Positions 1-9,687 of a stretch of 64,000 nucleotides of DNA are shown in pieces. The position numbers and the translations under genes were made by a program. Source of the DNA: an uncultured delta proteobacterium (lineage in GTDB: Bacteria; Myxococcota_A; Polyangia; Polyangiales; B10-G4); NCBI GenBank assembly GCA_963727445.1, contig CAVSGI010000017.1:64001-128000 (forward strand), given 5' to 3'. The notes under the pieces were generated by a model. That model searched no databases. It was not told where the DNA came from and saw only the letters and a list, made by a program, of their open reading frames with translations. Each line of letters starts with the position of its first letter. Positions within the stretch are counted from its first letter, which is position 1.

Positions 1-222
1 CTGCAGATACGCCCGCGCGCGATCGGGCGGCGTGTCAGGCGACAGGGCGATGGCGGTCGCACCCATGATTCCGTGCAGAAGATTTCCGAAGTCGTGGGCG
101 ACGCTGCTCGCCAACACGCCCACGGTCTCCATCTTCTGCGTGTGCTGCCGCTCGGTTTCGCTCTCATCCACCCGGCTGATCCCCGAGCGGTCGCGTTCAT
201 CTCTTCGTTTCGGTCGGTCCAT
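1..222 (-). CDS. Sensor histidine kinase, N-terminal part (runs off window)
   Basis: Manual translation MDRPKRRDERD...QKMETVGVLASSVAHDFGNLLHGIMG, a HisKA H-box; not in ORF track because truncated. Confidence 0.85.
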   Translation of the reverse strand, partial: MDRPKRRDERDRSGISRVDESETERQHTQKMETVGVLASSVAHDFGNLLHGIMGATAIALSPDTPPDRARAYLQ

Positions 223-365
223 GCGCCCCCCGCGCTGCGTCCCAATCTTATGAAAGCGCCATACAGTCAACCTGATAAACGCCATCGCCAGCCGCGGAAT
301 CGCCGTCGATGGACGCATCGCGGGCCCGCCCTGCCTACCGCCTTTCAGGGATGATCGGTCGAGGC

Positions 366-1313
366 CTACCGGCGCGACACCAGCACGGTGGATGGAGCGC
401 CGAAGGGGACGCTGAGGTCGAGCACTTGCGGCACGTCGCGGAGGGCTCTGCGCCAGCTCCGCGCGCGCGCCCACTCCTCGAACGACCGCCAGCCTATGGA
501 GGGGAAGCGCCGATGCAGCGCGGGGATGTCCACCGAATGCCCGACCCGCGCCAGCCACTCGAAGGTGCGCAGGAAGTCTGGGCTCCTCGACAGCGACGTC
601 GGCGCGGGCGCTTCGACGTAGTCGACCCGGCGACCCATGATCTCGGCAATGATCTCGGCGATCCTCCACCCGGGAAGCGCATCGGAGGCCACCTCCACGC
701 GCTCGCCCACGAATCCGCCGCGCTCTTCCATCACGTGCACCACCAACTCCGCCAGGTCGTCGAGGGCCACCATCTGCAAGAGCCGGTGCCGGGGCAGCGG
801 CATGGCGAGCTTTCCGAAGCGGAGTCGCGGCAGCACCCTCGAGCTACGGAGATTCTCCATGAAGAACACGGGCGCGACGATGGTGAACGGCAGGCAGGCC
901 TCTTCGAGGACGCGCTCGACCGAGGCCTTGCTGTCGAAGTAGGGCACGCCCGTGTCCTCGAGTGCGCTGGCCGTCGAGGAATAGACCACGTGCCTCACGT
1001 GGGCCGCGGCTGCGGTCTCGATCAGCGCGCGAGCGTGGCGGACCTCGACATCTGGCCCGCGCTGAAAAGGAGTGCTCATCGCAAAGATCGCGTCGACGCC
1101 CTGCACGGCACGCGTGAGCGACGCCCGATCGTCGAAGCTCCCGCCAACGACCTCGATGCCCCCTCGCGCGAGCCGCCGCGCGACCGGTGAGCCCACGATC
1201 CGGGTCAACGCCCTCACCGCGTGTCCCGCGTCCACGAGCGCGTCAGCGACGGCTCCCCCCTGCTGCCCGGTCGCTCCGGTCACCAGAACCCTCAGCTCGT
1301 TGTCGTCGCCCAT
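366..1313 (-). CDS. NmrA/HSCARG family NAD(P)-binding protein
   Basis: VLVTGATGQQGG Rossmann motif, YFDSKASVE; GGAGG RBS before ATG 1313. Confidence 0.9.
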   Translation of the reverse strand: MGDDNELRVLVTGATGQQGGAVADALVDAGHAVRALTRIVGSPVARRLARGGIEVVGGSFDDRASLTRAVQGVDAIFAMSTPFQRGPDVEVRHARALIETAAAAHVRHVVYSSTASALEDTGVPYFDSKASVERVLEEACLPFTIVAPVFFMENLRSSRVLPRLRFGKLAMPLPRHRLLQMVALDDLAELVVHVMEERGGFVGERVEVASDALPGWRIAEIIAEIMGRRVDYVEAPAPTSLSRSPDFLRTFEWLARVGHSVDIPALHRRFPSIGWRSFEEWARARSWRRALRDVPQVLDLSVPFGAPSTVLVSRR

Positions 1314-1526
1314 CGCGCTACCTCCCTCGAAGGACCCCACGCTGTTCCGCGATCCGATCGTGGCAAGATGCACGCCGCGCAGCGGGCCGTCGTCATCCCG
1401 CGCTCGCGTACCGATCGATGGCGGGATGATCCGCAGCTTCGCGAAAGATTCCCCACGAGGCGCGTCGTCCGCTGTCGAGCCGTGGGGCAGATACGGGGGG
1501 CACGACTGTTGCTGCTCACACAGCGC

Positions 1527-2048
1527 ATGACTCTCCCCATTCATCCGCACGTCATCGTTGCCGAAGACGATGATCTGGTCAGAGCCTCCCTCGCGTCCGT
1601 GCTCCGGGACGAGGGATGCTCGGTGACACTGTCACGCAACGGAGCAGCCCTTGGCGCACAGCTCGGCGTGATGATGGCTGTGAGCGAAACTCCCTCGCTC
1701 GTGGTTGCCGACGATCGCATCCCGGGTCCGTCGGGTCTGGCGGTGCTCGAGCTGGCCCGCAGCTGGGGCTGGTCGATGCCGATGGTCCTCATCACCGGAG
1801 GCGCCGATGACGGGCTCACCCGCCGGGCGCGCGAGGTCGGCGCCCACCTGCTCGAAAAGCCGGTGGACGTCCACTCCTTTCGCTACCTGGCGAGGGCCCT
1901 GCTGAGCGGCGAAGCACCTTCGTGCGCGTACTGTGGGTCGACCTTCGACTTGCGGACTGCAGCCGCGGCCGGGACCGAGTTCCTCTGCGCAGAGTGCCGG
2001 ACGTGGTGGGCCGATGAGCCGACGAACCCGGGTCTGGCGACGGGCTGA
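1527..2048 (+). CDS. Response regulator receiver with C-terminal CxxC..CxxC motif
   Basis: VIVAEDD, DDRIPG, VLITG, LEKP; CAYCG...CAECR. Confidence 0.85.
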   Translation: MTLPIHPHVIVAEDDDLVRASLASVLRDEGCSVTLSRNGAALGAQLGVMMAVSETPSLVVADDRIPGPSGLAVLELARSWGWSMPMVLITGGADDGLTRRAREVGAHLLEKPVDVHSFRYLARALLSGEAPSCAYCGSTFDLRTAAAAGTEFLCAECRTWWADEPTNPGLATG

Positions 2049-2095
2049 GCAAACGGGCGTCGGTGCGCGGCACGGCGTTTGCGTATTTTTCGGAC

Positions 2096-2338
2096 ATGCA
2101 AAGTCGAGATGTGGGCGGGCCGCCCAGTGGGCGGGTCTTGGTGTACGCCGAGTGCCACGACGGAACGGTTGCGCGCCGTGTGTTGCGCGCGCTCGAGTCT
2201 GCGTGGTGCGACGCGATGAGCTCGCTCGAGCTACGGTTCCTCGCGGGGGGCGGCGTCCGCATCGGCGCGTGGTCCCGCATTCCAGAACAGATCGAAGAGC
2301 TGCTTCGTCAGAGTGGAGCGCATCCCCAGCGGGCGTAA
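2096..2338 (+). CDS. Small hypothetical protein
   Basis: Protein-like ORF co-oriented with the regulator; no motif. Confidence 0.4.
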   Translation: MQSRDVGGPPSGRVLVYAECHDGTVARRVLRALESAWCDAMSSLELRFLAGGGVRIGAWSRIPEQIEELLRQSGAHPQRA

Positions 2339-2422
2339 AGCGGACGCGCATCCCCGCGTCATGTGCCTCCGCCCCGCCTGGCGCCGCCTCCTGTAGATCG
2401 AAGGGCGGGCCTGGCGCCGCAC

Positions 2423-3010
2423 TCAGCGGACGGTGTATCCGAAGTCCCCTTCGAGCGTCTGCTCGCGATCGTCATAGCGAAAGGTCGAGACGAAGTGCAG
2501 GACACGGTCGTCAGCGCCCGCTCCCTGGTCGACGTCGATGGTGATGTGACTCGCGACACCGTCGTAGGTCCACGCGCGCCGCGCTGGTCCCGAGCACCCC
2601 ATCAGGCCGACCTGAAGGACGTCCGGCGGCGCGTTCCAATTGCGCGGCCCGAGCTCGACGTGAGCGCCGACCTGCAGGTCTTCGTGAAGCAGGCCTCCGC
2701 GGAAGAAGAACCTGGACATGATCGCGAAGTCGTCGCCCCCGTCGATCTCGATCTCGGTCCCGTTGGAGAGCGGGCGCGCCGACACTTGCGGTGCGGGCAC
2801 CAACTCCACCTGGTACTCACCCAGCTCGCCGACCAGCTTCGCCTCGCCCAGGTAGACCGTGCGCTGCGGGAGCACCGGTTCGGAGGATCCCGTGGGCGCG
2901 GATGCGTCCTCATCCGTGGTTGCCAAGGGCGCCACACCTGGGGCGTTCTTGTCGCCCGCGCAGGCCGCGAGGAACAAACTCAGGAATAGAAGCGTGCTGA
3001 TGCGTTTCAT
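2423..3010 (-). CDS. Hypothetical lipoprotein
   Basis: MKRISTLLFLSLFLAAC lipobox; GGAG RBS. Confidence 0.8.
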   Translation of the reverse strand: MKRISTLLFLSLFLAACAGDKNAPGVAPLATTDEDASAPTGSSEPVLPQRTVYLGEAKLVGELGEYQVELVPAPQVSARPLSNGTEIEIDGGDDFAIMSRFFFRGGLLHEDLQVGAHVELGPRNWNAPPDVLQVGLMGCSGPARRAWTYDGVASHITIDVDQGAGADDRVLHFVSTFRYDDREQTLEGDFGYTVR

Positions 3011-3108
3011 GGGACTCCTCCAAAAAGCGAGTCGACGCCCGCGTTCATTTTCGGTGGGCCCCGCTCCGCACGCTTCTCGATATTCACGTCCCATGCCCGC
3101 TCGCGCGC

Positions 3109-4746
3109 TCAAGGCGCGGCGAGCTGCTCGATTCGCCCCCTAATCGCGCTCGCGTCCGGCGCACGCGGCGCGAGCGCGAGGTAGCGTCGATAGGCGCTCA
3201 CCGCTTCGGCACGATGACCGAGACGCTGGCGAGCGATCCCCAGGCTGCGCCACGCCGGCGCGTGACGCGCGTCAGCGTCGATGGCGCTTCGAAGATGGCG
3301 CACCGCTTCGGCGAGGCGACCGTGAAGGAGCGCGTCGGTACCGAGGCGCGTCTCCTCGCGCGCGCGCGCGCTGTTCGGGCCCTCTTCGCCGGGGAGCGAC
3401 CCACGACCCACGGTCGCGGTGACGGGCTCCTCGGCGGTAGCTTCCACAGCCACAGCGCCTCCCGATCGTGGAGACCGGCCGCGTCGTCGAGGGGAAACCG
3501 GCGCGGTCGCTTCGTCACTCGGCACAGAAGACGGATCGGCGACGGCTGGTTCCGGCGCCGCGACCTCCGCGACCTCGGCCGCGACCGCCGCCGGGTCTGG
3601 TGGGGGCGCGGGTTCGGGGGCGGGCGCGGGTTCGGGGGCAGGCGCGGCCGGGGCGGGACGAGCGGCGCGCGCCGTTTGCGGCGAGCCGCTCGACGAAACC
3701 CATGCGACGACGCCAGCCGTGGCGACCGCGAGGAGCAACAGGGCCACGACGGCGATCGACCGACCCGTCGAGGTCGGCAGGGCATCCAAACCGGAGCCGG
3801 CTTCGGAGCTCGACGAAACGGGCGACCTCACCCGGGCGGGCGCGTACGCGTCATCGGGCGCGTCGCCCCTACCCGCGGCGGCGAGGGCCGCGACCAGCTC
3901 CCCGGCGTGCGCGTAGCGCTCAGCCGGATCGGTCGCGAGCCCGCGGTGCAGAACCGCCTCCACCTCTTCCGGGAAGGCCGCTTTGCTCACGTCCGTGAGG
4001 CGCGGCGGCGGCTGCACCATCTTCTGGGTGACGATGCCCATGGGCATCGGACCGTCGAAAGGGAGGCGGCCGGTCAGCATCTCGAAGGCGACGACCGCGA
4101 GGGAGTAGACGTCACCGCGCGCGTCGGGCAGCGAGCCGTCCCCGGCTTCCGGTGCGATGTAGTGCGGCGTTCCGCAGACGAGCCCTTCGCGCGTCAGCCG
4201 CGCGTCGGTGAAGAGCATCGTGGCCAGACCGAAGTCGACCAGCTGGATGATCTCCGAACCGTCGGCGTGGATCACCCGGAAGAGGTTCTCCGGCTTGATG
4301 TCGCGATGGACGATGTCCCGCGCGTGCATCACGTCGAGCGCCGCCGCCGGGCCCCGCAACAGCTCGGCCACGCGCGCCACGCTCATCGGCGCCTGATCCT
4401 CGATGAGCATGGCGAGGTCGCTGCCCCGCAAGAGCGGCATGACCATGTAGGGGCGGCCGTCGGGGAGCTGGCCCAGGTCGTAGACGTCGCAGATGTTCGG
4501 ATGTCCCATCTGGCTCGCCGCACGCGCCTCGCGAAACATGCGCTGTACCGCATCGGGATCGTCGGCGTAGCCCGGGCGAAGGACCTTGATGGCCACCGGG
4601 CGCTCGAGCCCGTCCTGCACGCCCGCGTACACCACGCCCATACCCCCGCGGCCGAGGAGGTTCTGGACGCGGTAGCGCGACCCGATGGTCACCCCGATGA
4701 GGGCGTCGCTCACGGCGTCCCTCGCCTCTGATTCCGGCGCGGTCAT
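3109..4746 (-). CDS. Membrane Ser/Thr protein kinase with C-terminal TPR
   Basis: GRGGMG, VAIK, HRDIKPEN, DFG, GTPHYIAPE; TM helix; Pro/Ala linker; TPR (AWRSLG...AYRRYL). Confidence 0.95.
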   Translation of the reverse strand: MTAPESEARDAVSDALIGVTIGSRYRVQNLLGRGGMGVVYAGVQDGLERPVAIKVLRPGYADDPDAVQRMFREARAASQMGHPNICDVYDLGQLPDGRPYMVMPLLRGSDLAMLIEDQAPMSVARVAELLRGPAAALDVMHARDIVHRDIKPENLFRVIHADGSEIIQLVDFGLATMLFTDARLTREGLVCGTPHYIAPEAGDGSLPDARGDVYSLAVVAFEMLTGRLPFDGPMPMGIVTQKMVQPPPRLTDVSKAAFPEEVEAVLHRGLATDPAERYAHAGELVAALAAAGRGDAPDDAYAPARVRSPVSSSSEAGSGLDALPTSTGRSIAVVALLLLAVATAGVVAWVSSSGSPQTARAARPAPAAPAPEPAPAPEPAPPPDPAAVAAEVAEVAAPEPAVADPSSVPSDEATAPVSPRRRGRSPRSGGAVAVEATAEEPVTATVGRGSLPGEEGPNSARAREETRLGTDALLHGRLAEAVRHLRSAIDADARHAPAWRSLGIARQRLGHRAEAVSAYRRYLALAPRAPDASAIRGRIEQLAAP

Positions 4747-6695
4747 AGGAGCACGCAGCTCCCGCCGCTGCAGCTGGTCAGGGCCGAGCAGGAGTGGCCG
4801 CAGCTCCCGCAGTTGGAATTATCCGCGTCGAGGTCGACGCATCTGCCGCCGCACGCGGTCTGCCCCATCGGGCAGCAGGTGCCGCTGCTGCAGTGCTGGC
4901 CGAGGGTGGTGCAGTCGGTGTCGCAGCTGCCGCAGTGAGCGTCGTCGTTCGACAGGTTGAAGCAGCCGTCGCCGCAGCACGAGTTGGGTGAAGGACACGC
5001 GGAGCCGCAGGCGTTGCAGTTGGCCGGTCCTTCGTCGACGCAGGCGCCGGCGCAGCAGAGCTGGCTCGAACCGCAGGCGGCGCAGCTCTGCCCGCAAGCC
5101 GACTCGTCGCTCGTCACGCAGGACCCACCGCAGCAGACCTGACCGGGCGAGCACATCGTGCCGCAGCCACCGCAGTTCGCCTCGTCGTTCATCATGTCTA
5201 CGCAGCTCCCGCTGCAGCAGCTCTCGCCGCTCGCTGAACAGTCCGTCGGGCACCCGGTGCACGCGGGTGCGGTCGGGCTGGCGCAGGTCCCGCCGCAGCA
5301 CGACTCCGAGGAGCCGCAGCCGGCGCCGCAGCTCCCGCAGTTCGTGGCGTCGGTCCGCACGTCGGTGCAGGTCCCGCCGCAGCAGTCGCCAGGACAGGTG
5401 GCGCCGCAGGCGCCGCAGTTCATCGCGTCAGCGTCGGTGTCGACGCAAGCGCCACCACAACAGCTCTCGCCAGACCCACAGGTGACACCACAGCCGCCGC
5501 AGTTCATCGGGTCGGCGGTGGTGTCGACGCAGGCGCTGTCGCAGCACTCCGACCCCATCGAGCACGCCGCCCCGCACGCGCCGCAGTTCATCGCGTCGGT
5601 GCTGACGTCGAAGTCCTCGTCGACGCTTCCGTCGCAGTCGTCGTCCGCGCCGTCACAGCGCTCGGCCGTGGGCTCGGGAGTGTCGCAGACGAGGACGTCG
5701 CCGCTGCATGCGCGCGTGCCGAGGCTGCATTCGCCGGGCATCGACCCCATGCAGCCCATGCCGAGCATGGGGATGTCGTCCATGGTCCCGTCGCAGTCGT
5801 CGTCGACCCCTGGATTGGCGCAGGTCTCGGCGGTGTCCACCCGCTGCCCTTCGCAGTCCCCGAAGGCTCCGCCGACGCACGACTGGGTCCCGGCGATGCA
5901 GGGTCCGACGCCCTCGGTCCCGTCGGAGCCCCCGTAGCAGGCCTGGGTCTCACCCGTCGAGCACGGGCAACCTTCGTCCACGGCCCCATCGCAGTCGTCG
6001 TCTGCGGCCGGGGTCACGCCGCACGCCTCCATCACGATGGCGACTGCATCTTCGCAGCCGGTCTCGGTCCCTTCCACGCAGCGGATTTCGCCTGCCCGGC
6101 ACGTGCCGGTGCATTCGTAGACGCCGTCTCCGTCGTCGTCGGTGCAGCCGCCGTCCGCCGCGGGATAGCAGCTCGTGGTGAGCGCCTCGTCCGTCAGCCC
6201 GTCGCAGTCGTCGTCCTGGTCGTTGCAGGTCTCGTTGCCGCGCTCCCCGACGCGCGCACAGACCATCGTGCCGTTGCGGCAGGCGGGGGCACCGTCGCGA
6301 CAGACGCCCGGCTCTCCAGTGTCACAAGTGGTGGGGAGGTCTTCGTCCGTCGTCCCGTCGCAGTCATCGTCGATTCCGTCGCACGCGTCGGTCTCGAGCG
6401 GCAGGATCTCGCCTTCGCACTCTCCGGGAACGCCGTCGGTGCAGGTCTGGCTTCCGGGGCGGCATCGCCCGACGGGCGTCAGACCGTCGGCGCCGCGAAC
6501 CGAGCACGCGACGGCGTCGGCGCCCCCCGCACACACCGCGACGTCCACTACGCAGAAGCCGCGATAGCAGACGTGGCCGGGGGAACAGCTCCCCGCGTCA
6601 TCGCATCGCTCGCCTTGCTGCACCGCGGGGTCGACCGTGCAGGAAGCGGCCGTCAACGCGAAGATCAGCACCGAGAGCAGCGTCACCTGGTTCAC
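4743..6695 (-). CDS. Cys-rich repeat lipoprotein
   Basis: Lipobox AASC; CDGxDDDCDG repeats (MopE-related putative metal-binding) then CxDxxxDxxNCGxCG repeats (Stig1/MXAN_6577-like). Confidence 0.88.
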   Translation of the reverse strand: MNQVTLLSVLIFALTAASCTVDPAVQQGERCDDAGSCSPGHVCYRGFCVVDVAVCAGGADAVACSVRGADGLTPVGRCRPGSQTCTDGVPGECEGEILPLETDACDGIDDDCDGTTDEDLPTTCDTGEPGVCRDGAPACRNGTMVCARVGERGNETCNDQDDDCDGLTDEALTTSCYPAADGGCTDDDGDGVYECTGTCRAGEIRCVEGTETGCEDAVAIVMEACGVTPAADDDCDGAVDEGCPCSTGETQACYGGSDGTEGVGPCIAGTQSCVGGAFGDCEGQRVDTAETCANPGVDDDCDGTMDDIPMLGMGCMGSMPGECSLGTRACSGDVLVCDTPEPTAERCDGADDDCDGSVDEDFDVSTDAMNCGACGAACSMGSECCDSACVDTTADPMNCGGCGVTCGSGESCCGGACVDTDADAMNCGACGATCPGDCCGGTCTDVRTDATNCGSCGAGCGSSESCCGGTCASPTAPACTGCPTDCSASGESCCSGSCVDMMNDEANCGGCGTMCSPGQVCCGGSCVTSDESACGQSCAACGSSQLCCAGACVDEGPANCNACGSACPSPNSCCGDGCFNLSNDDAHCGSCDTDCTTLGQHCSSGTCCPMGQTACGGRCVDLDADNSNCGSCGHSCSALTSCSGGSCVLL

Positions 6696-7585
6696 GAGTC
6701 ACCTCCAAAGCTTCCGTGCACGCTCAAGGCGACGCCCTCCGGGGAGGCGCTCACGCCGAAGGGGGAGTCCGCACCCACGAGCCACCAGACGACGGCGCCG
6801 ATCATCGCCGCGCCTCCGACTGCGAAGAGCACGTTGGCGATCGCCGCGTCGGTCTGGGCGTCGCTCAAGTGCGCCTGCGCTGCGTCGACGCCCGCACGCG
6901 AGGAGGTGTCCGCCTCGGCGTAGGCGTTCTGCGCGCCCATGGCGAGGCCTCCGGCGATGAGGCCGCCCGCGATGACCGCGAGCCCCGCTCCGCCGACGAT
7001 CGCCGGACCCACCGGGAAGCCGGGCGCGTCTCGTGCATCGTCCTCGGACGCTGGTGGCAGAAGCGCAGGCTCGGGAGATGCTGCGTGTGAGTTGCCGTCG
7101 ACCGCCGGCTGCTCCACCTCCGGGGGCGGGAGATCGAAGAGCTCCCGCAGCATGGGATCGACGCGCTCGAAGAGCTCGTTCTCGGAATCGGCGCGACGCG
7201 TCACGCGGCGCAGGGCGTCATCGCGGGTGTCCAGGAGCAGCAACGAAGCGACGAATGTGCCGTTCGAGAGCTCGAGACTCGGCACGACCATCACCTGTAC
7301 GCCGACCCGCTCTGCCACCGCACGCAGGCAATCGGCGCTCTCCCCGACGCAACCCACCGCCAGCTGCAGATCCTCGAGCGGCAGAGGGGGCGCCGCATCG
7401 AGGGGCATGGGGGCGAGGCGCTCGAAGCGGGTGCGCGCGAGACGGTCGAAGGCGCTTCGCACCGACTCGGCGCCCGCGCCGTTCGCGGCGGTCTGGAGCA
7501 TCGCGGCGCGGTCTTCCTGGGCCGCGGCCGCCGACGTCAGGAGCAAGAGCGCCGCAGCGAAGACCATTGCACCGGCGCGGATCAC
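6692..7585 (-). CDS. Exported protein with GC..C domain, hydrophobic hairpin and GSF tail (paralog of 12056)
   Basis: Signal peptide AAAQ; DLQLAVGCVGESADCL; two Gly-rich hydrophobic helices; VALSVHGSF. Confidence 0.8.
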   Translation of the reverse strand: MIRAGAMVFAAALLLLTSAAAAQEDRAAMLQTAANGAGAESVRSAFDRLARTRFERLAPMPLDAAPPLPLEDLQLAVGCVGESADCLRAVAERVGVQVMVVPSLELSNGTFVASLLLLDTRDDALRRVTRRADSENELFERVDPMLRELFDLPPPEVEQPAVDGNSHAASPEPALLPPASEDDARDAPGFPVGPAIVGGAGLAVIAGGLIAGGLAMGAQNAYAEADTSSRAGVDAAQAHLSDAQTDAAIANVLFAVGGAAMIGAVVWWLVGADSPFGVSASPEGVALSVHGSFGGDS

Positions 7586-7971
7586 GAGCGTCCCCCACTG
7601 CTCACGCGGACGGGCTCGACCCCCAGGCGAAGGGTCAGCTCGGCGGCCGTGGCCACGCTCGAGAGCACTTCGGCCAGCAGTCCGGAGCGCGTGAGCGCCT
7701 CGCGGTAGCGGTCCATCTCGTCGGTCAAGAGAACCACCGGCACCGGCTGCTCGAGAGAACGCGCCGCCTCGACCAGGCTCAGGACCTCAGCCTCCGCGTA
7801 GTCGCGACAGCCGATGACCAGGGTGGCGGACAGAGGCGCGGCGAGGCGTGCTTTCGTGCGCCAGGGCTCGCGTTCCAGGAGGATCCAGATGCCGCGCTCG
7901 GCCTCACGCAGCCATTGGAGGCGCGCCTCCGGGTCGCGGCTCAGGACGATGATCGTGTGTTCGGGAGACAT
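7582..7971 (-). CDS. Hypothetical protein, possibly degenerate receiver fold
   Basis: IIVLSRD..., VPVVLLT; overlaps next gene by 4 bp. Confidence 0.55.
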   Translation of the reverse strand: MSPEHTIIVLSRDPEARLQWLREAERGIWILLEREPWRTKARLAAPLSATLVIGCRDYAEAEVLSLVEAARSLEQPVPVVLLTDEMDRYREALTRSGLLAEVLSSVATAAELTLRLGVEPVRVSSGGRS

Positions 7972-8133
7972 CGCGCCGGGACATCGCAACGCGCATGCCG
8001 CGAAGAAACGCCGCGATTCCGGGGCCATGGGCGGGTCGATTCGTGGGGCCCGGGCGACGGAGTGGGCTCGACCCTACGGCGGACCCCTTCGCGCTCCTCC
8101 GCCGGCACTGTGCTCCGCGAGGCCGAGCCTCGA

Positions 8134-9465
8134 TTACCTCAAATCGTGACGCTTCAGGAGGCTGAAGAGGTAGCTGCGATCCATCCGCGCATTGCGCGCC
8201 GCGCGGGCCACGTTGCCCTCCGCCTCGTCGAGGATGTGGCGGATGTAGCGCGCCTCGAATTGCTCGAGCACCGCCGCACGCGCGTGCTTGTACGGAAGGC
8301 GGAGCGCCCGCGCGAGGGGGATGGCGTGGGGATCGCCGTCGGCAGCGTCCCCCGCCTCCGGCGCCTCGCCGTCGAAGAGGGGCGCCTCGCCCATCGCCAG
8401 CGTCGCGTCCACCACGTTGCGGAGCTCGCGCGCATTTCCCGGCCAGTCGTGCGCCATGAGCTTCTCCACCGTCTCGTGGGGAAAGACCTCGGAGACGCGC
8501 CCATCGTGACCGGCCTCGCGAAGGAAGTGCTCGATCAACAGCGGAATGTCCTCGGCGCGATCGCGCAGGGGCGCCACCCGCAAGGTGACCACCGCCAGGC
8601 GATAGTAGAGGTCGAGGCGAAAGCGATTGAGGTTCACCTCCGCGCGCAGATCGCGATGCGTGGCGGACACCACGCGCACATCGACGGTGATCGCCTCCTG
8701 ACCGCCCACACGCCTGAGCTGCCGGCGCTCGAGCACGCCGAGCAGAGCCGGCTGGAGCTCCGCCGGCAGCTCCCCGATCTCGTCCAGGAAAAGCGTTCCG
8801 CCCTTCGCGCGCTCGAAGGCGCCGACCCGGCGTTTGTCCGCCCCGGTGAAGGCGCCCCGCTCGTGTCCGAAGAGCTCGCTGGCGACGAGGTTCGGCGCGA
8901 GCGCCCCGCAGTCGACGACCTCGAAGGGCCCGCTCGATCGGGGGCCGAGGTCGTGAAGCGCGCGGGCGATCAGCTCTTTGCCGGTCCCGGACTCGCCGAC
9001 CACGAGCGCTGGCACGTCGCTCTTCGCCGCCTTTTCGACCTGCGCCATCAGCTGACGCATCGATCGCGAGCGACCCCGGAGGTCGCCGAGCTTTTCACCG
9101 GCGAGGAGCTCCACCGTCGCGCCCTCACCGTCGAGCACCCGAATGCGCGTGTTGCCGATGGTGAGCGTGGCGCCCGCCGGGACGGTGCAGCGCTCGACCT
9201 CGACCCCATTGACCACCGTCCGATTGGTCGAGCGATGGTCGACCACGCGCACGCCCTGAGCCGTGGCCTCGAGCTCGACGTGGTAGCGCGAGACCGTGGG
9301 ATCGCTCAGCGTCAGATCGTTGTCCTCCGCGGTGCCGACGACGAAGGTCTCGCTCCTCGCGACCGCGCTCTTGCCGGCGTCGGGGCCCTCCACCACCTCG
9401 ACGCGCAAGGTCCGAACGGGAAGGAGCGCCGCGCCGCGCTCGATGGGTGTCGTGCCCTGACTCAC
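8134..9465 (-). CDS. FHA-domain sigma54-dependent activator
   Basis: FHA (VSRYH, STN), GESGTGKE, GAFTGA, FLDEIGE, WPGNAREL, Fis HTH; TATTCT 6 nt before GTG start. Confidence 0.95.
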   Translation of the reverse strand: MSQGTTPIERGAALLPVRTLRVEVVEGPDAGKSAVARSETFVVGTAEDNDLTLSDPTVSRYHVELEATAQGVRVVDHRSTNRTVVNGVEVERCTVPAGATLTIGNTRIRVLDGEGATVELLAGEKLGDLRGRSRSMRQLMAQVEKAAKSDVPALVVGESGTGKELIARALHDLGPRSSGPFEVVDCGALAPNLVASELFGHERGAFTGADKRRVGAFERAKGGTLFLDEIGELPAELQPALLGVLERRQLRRVGGQEAITVDVRVVSATHRDLRAEVNLNRFRLDLYYRLAVVTLRVAPLRDRAEDIPLLIEHFLREAGHDGRVSEVFPHETVEKLMAHDWPGNARELRNVVDATLAMGEAPLFDGEAPEAGDAADGDPHAIPLARALRLPYKHARAAVLEQFEARYIRHILDEAEGNVARAARNARMDRSYLFSLLKRHDLR

Positions 9466-9620
9466 TGGCGGAGAATATCCCGGCCCGAACGTAGCGAACA
9501 GTGCGCGAACGTGCCGAAACGTACGTGGACGGGCGCAGAAACGTGGGATCGATCCCTCGGAGTGGAGCTGCAGCCACGGCCTCGAGCCTCGTTTCGCTGC
9601 GAAACTGGGCGTCCGCGAGC

Positions 9621-9636
9621 TGGTACAGCCGATGCT
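9621..9636 (+). promoter_or_regulatory. Putative sigma54 promoter
   Basis: TGGTAC-N5-ATGCT (GG-N10-GC) upstream of 9688, divergent from the activator. Confidence 0.6.
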
Positions 9637-9687
9637 CATGCGAGCCCCCTGAGACGCCCCACGTGTGGGGCATTGGAGGCTTTGGAT

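Noticed and set aside
7033..9687. 1629-aa giant ORF
   Set aside because: The 5' half is the antisense shadow of real minus-strand genes; the real gene starts at 9688 with RBS and lipobox
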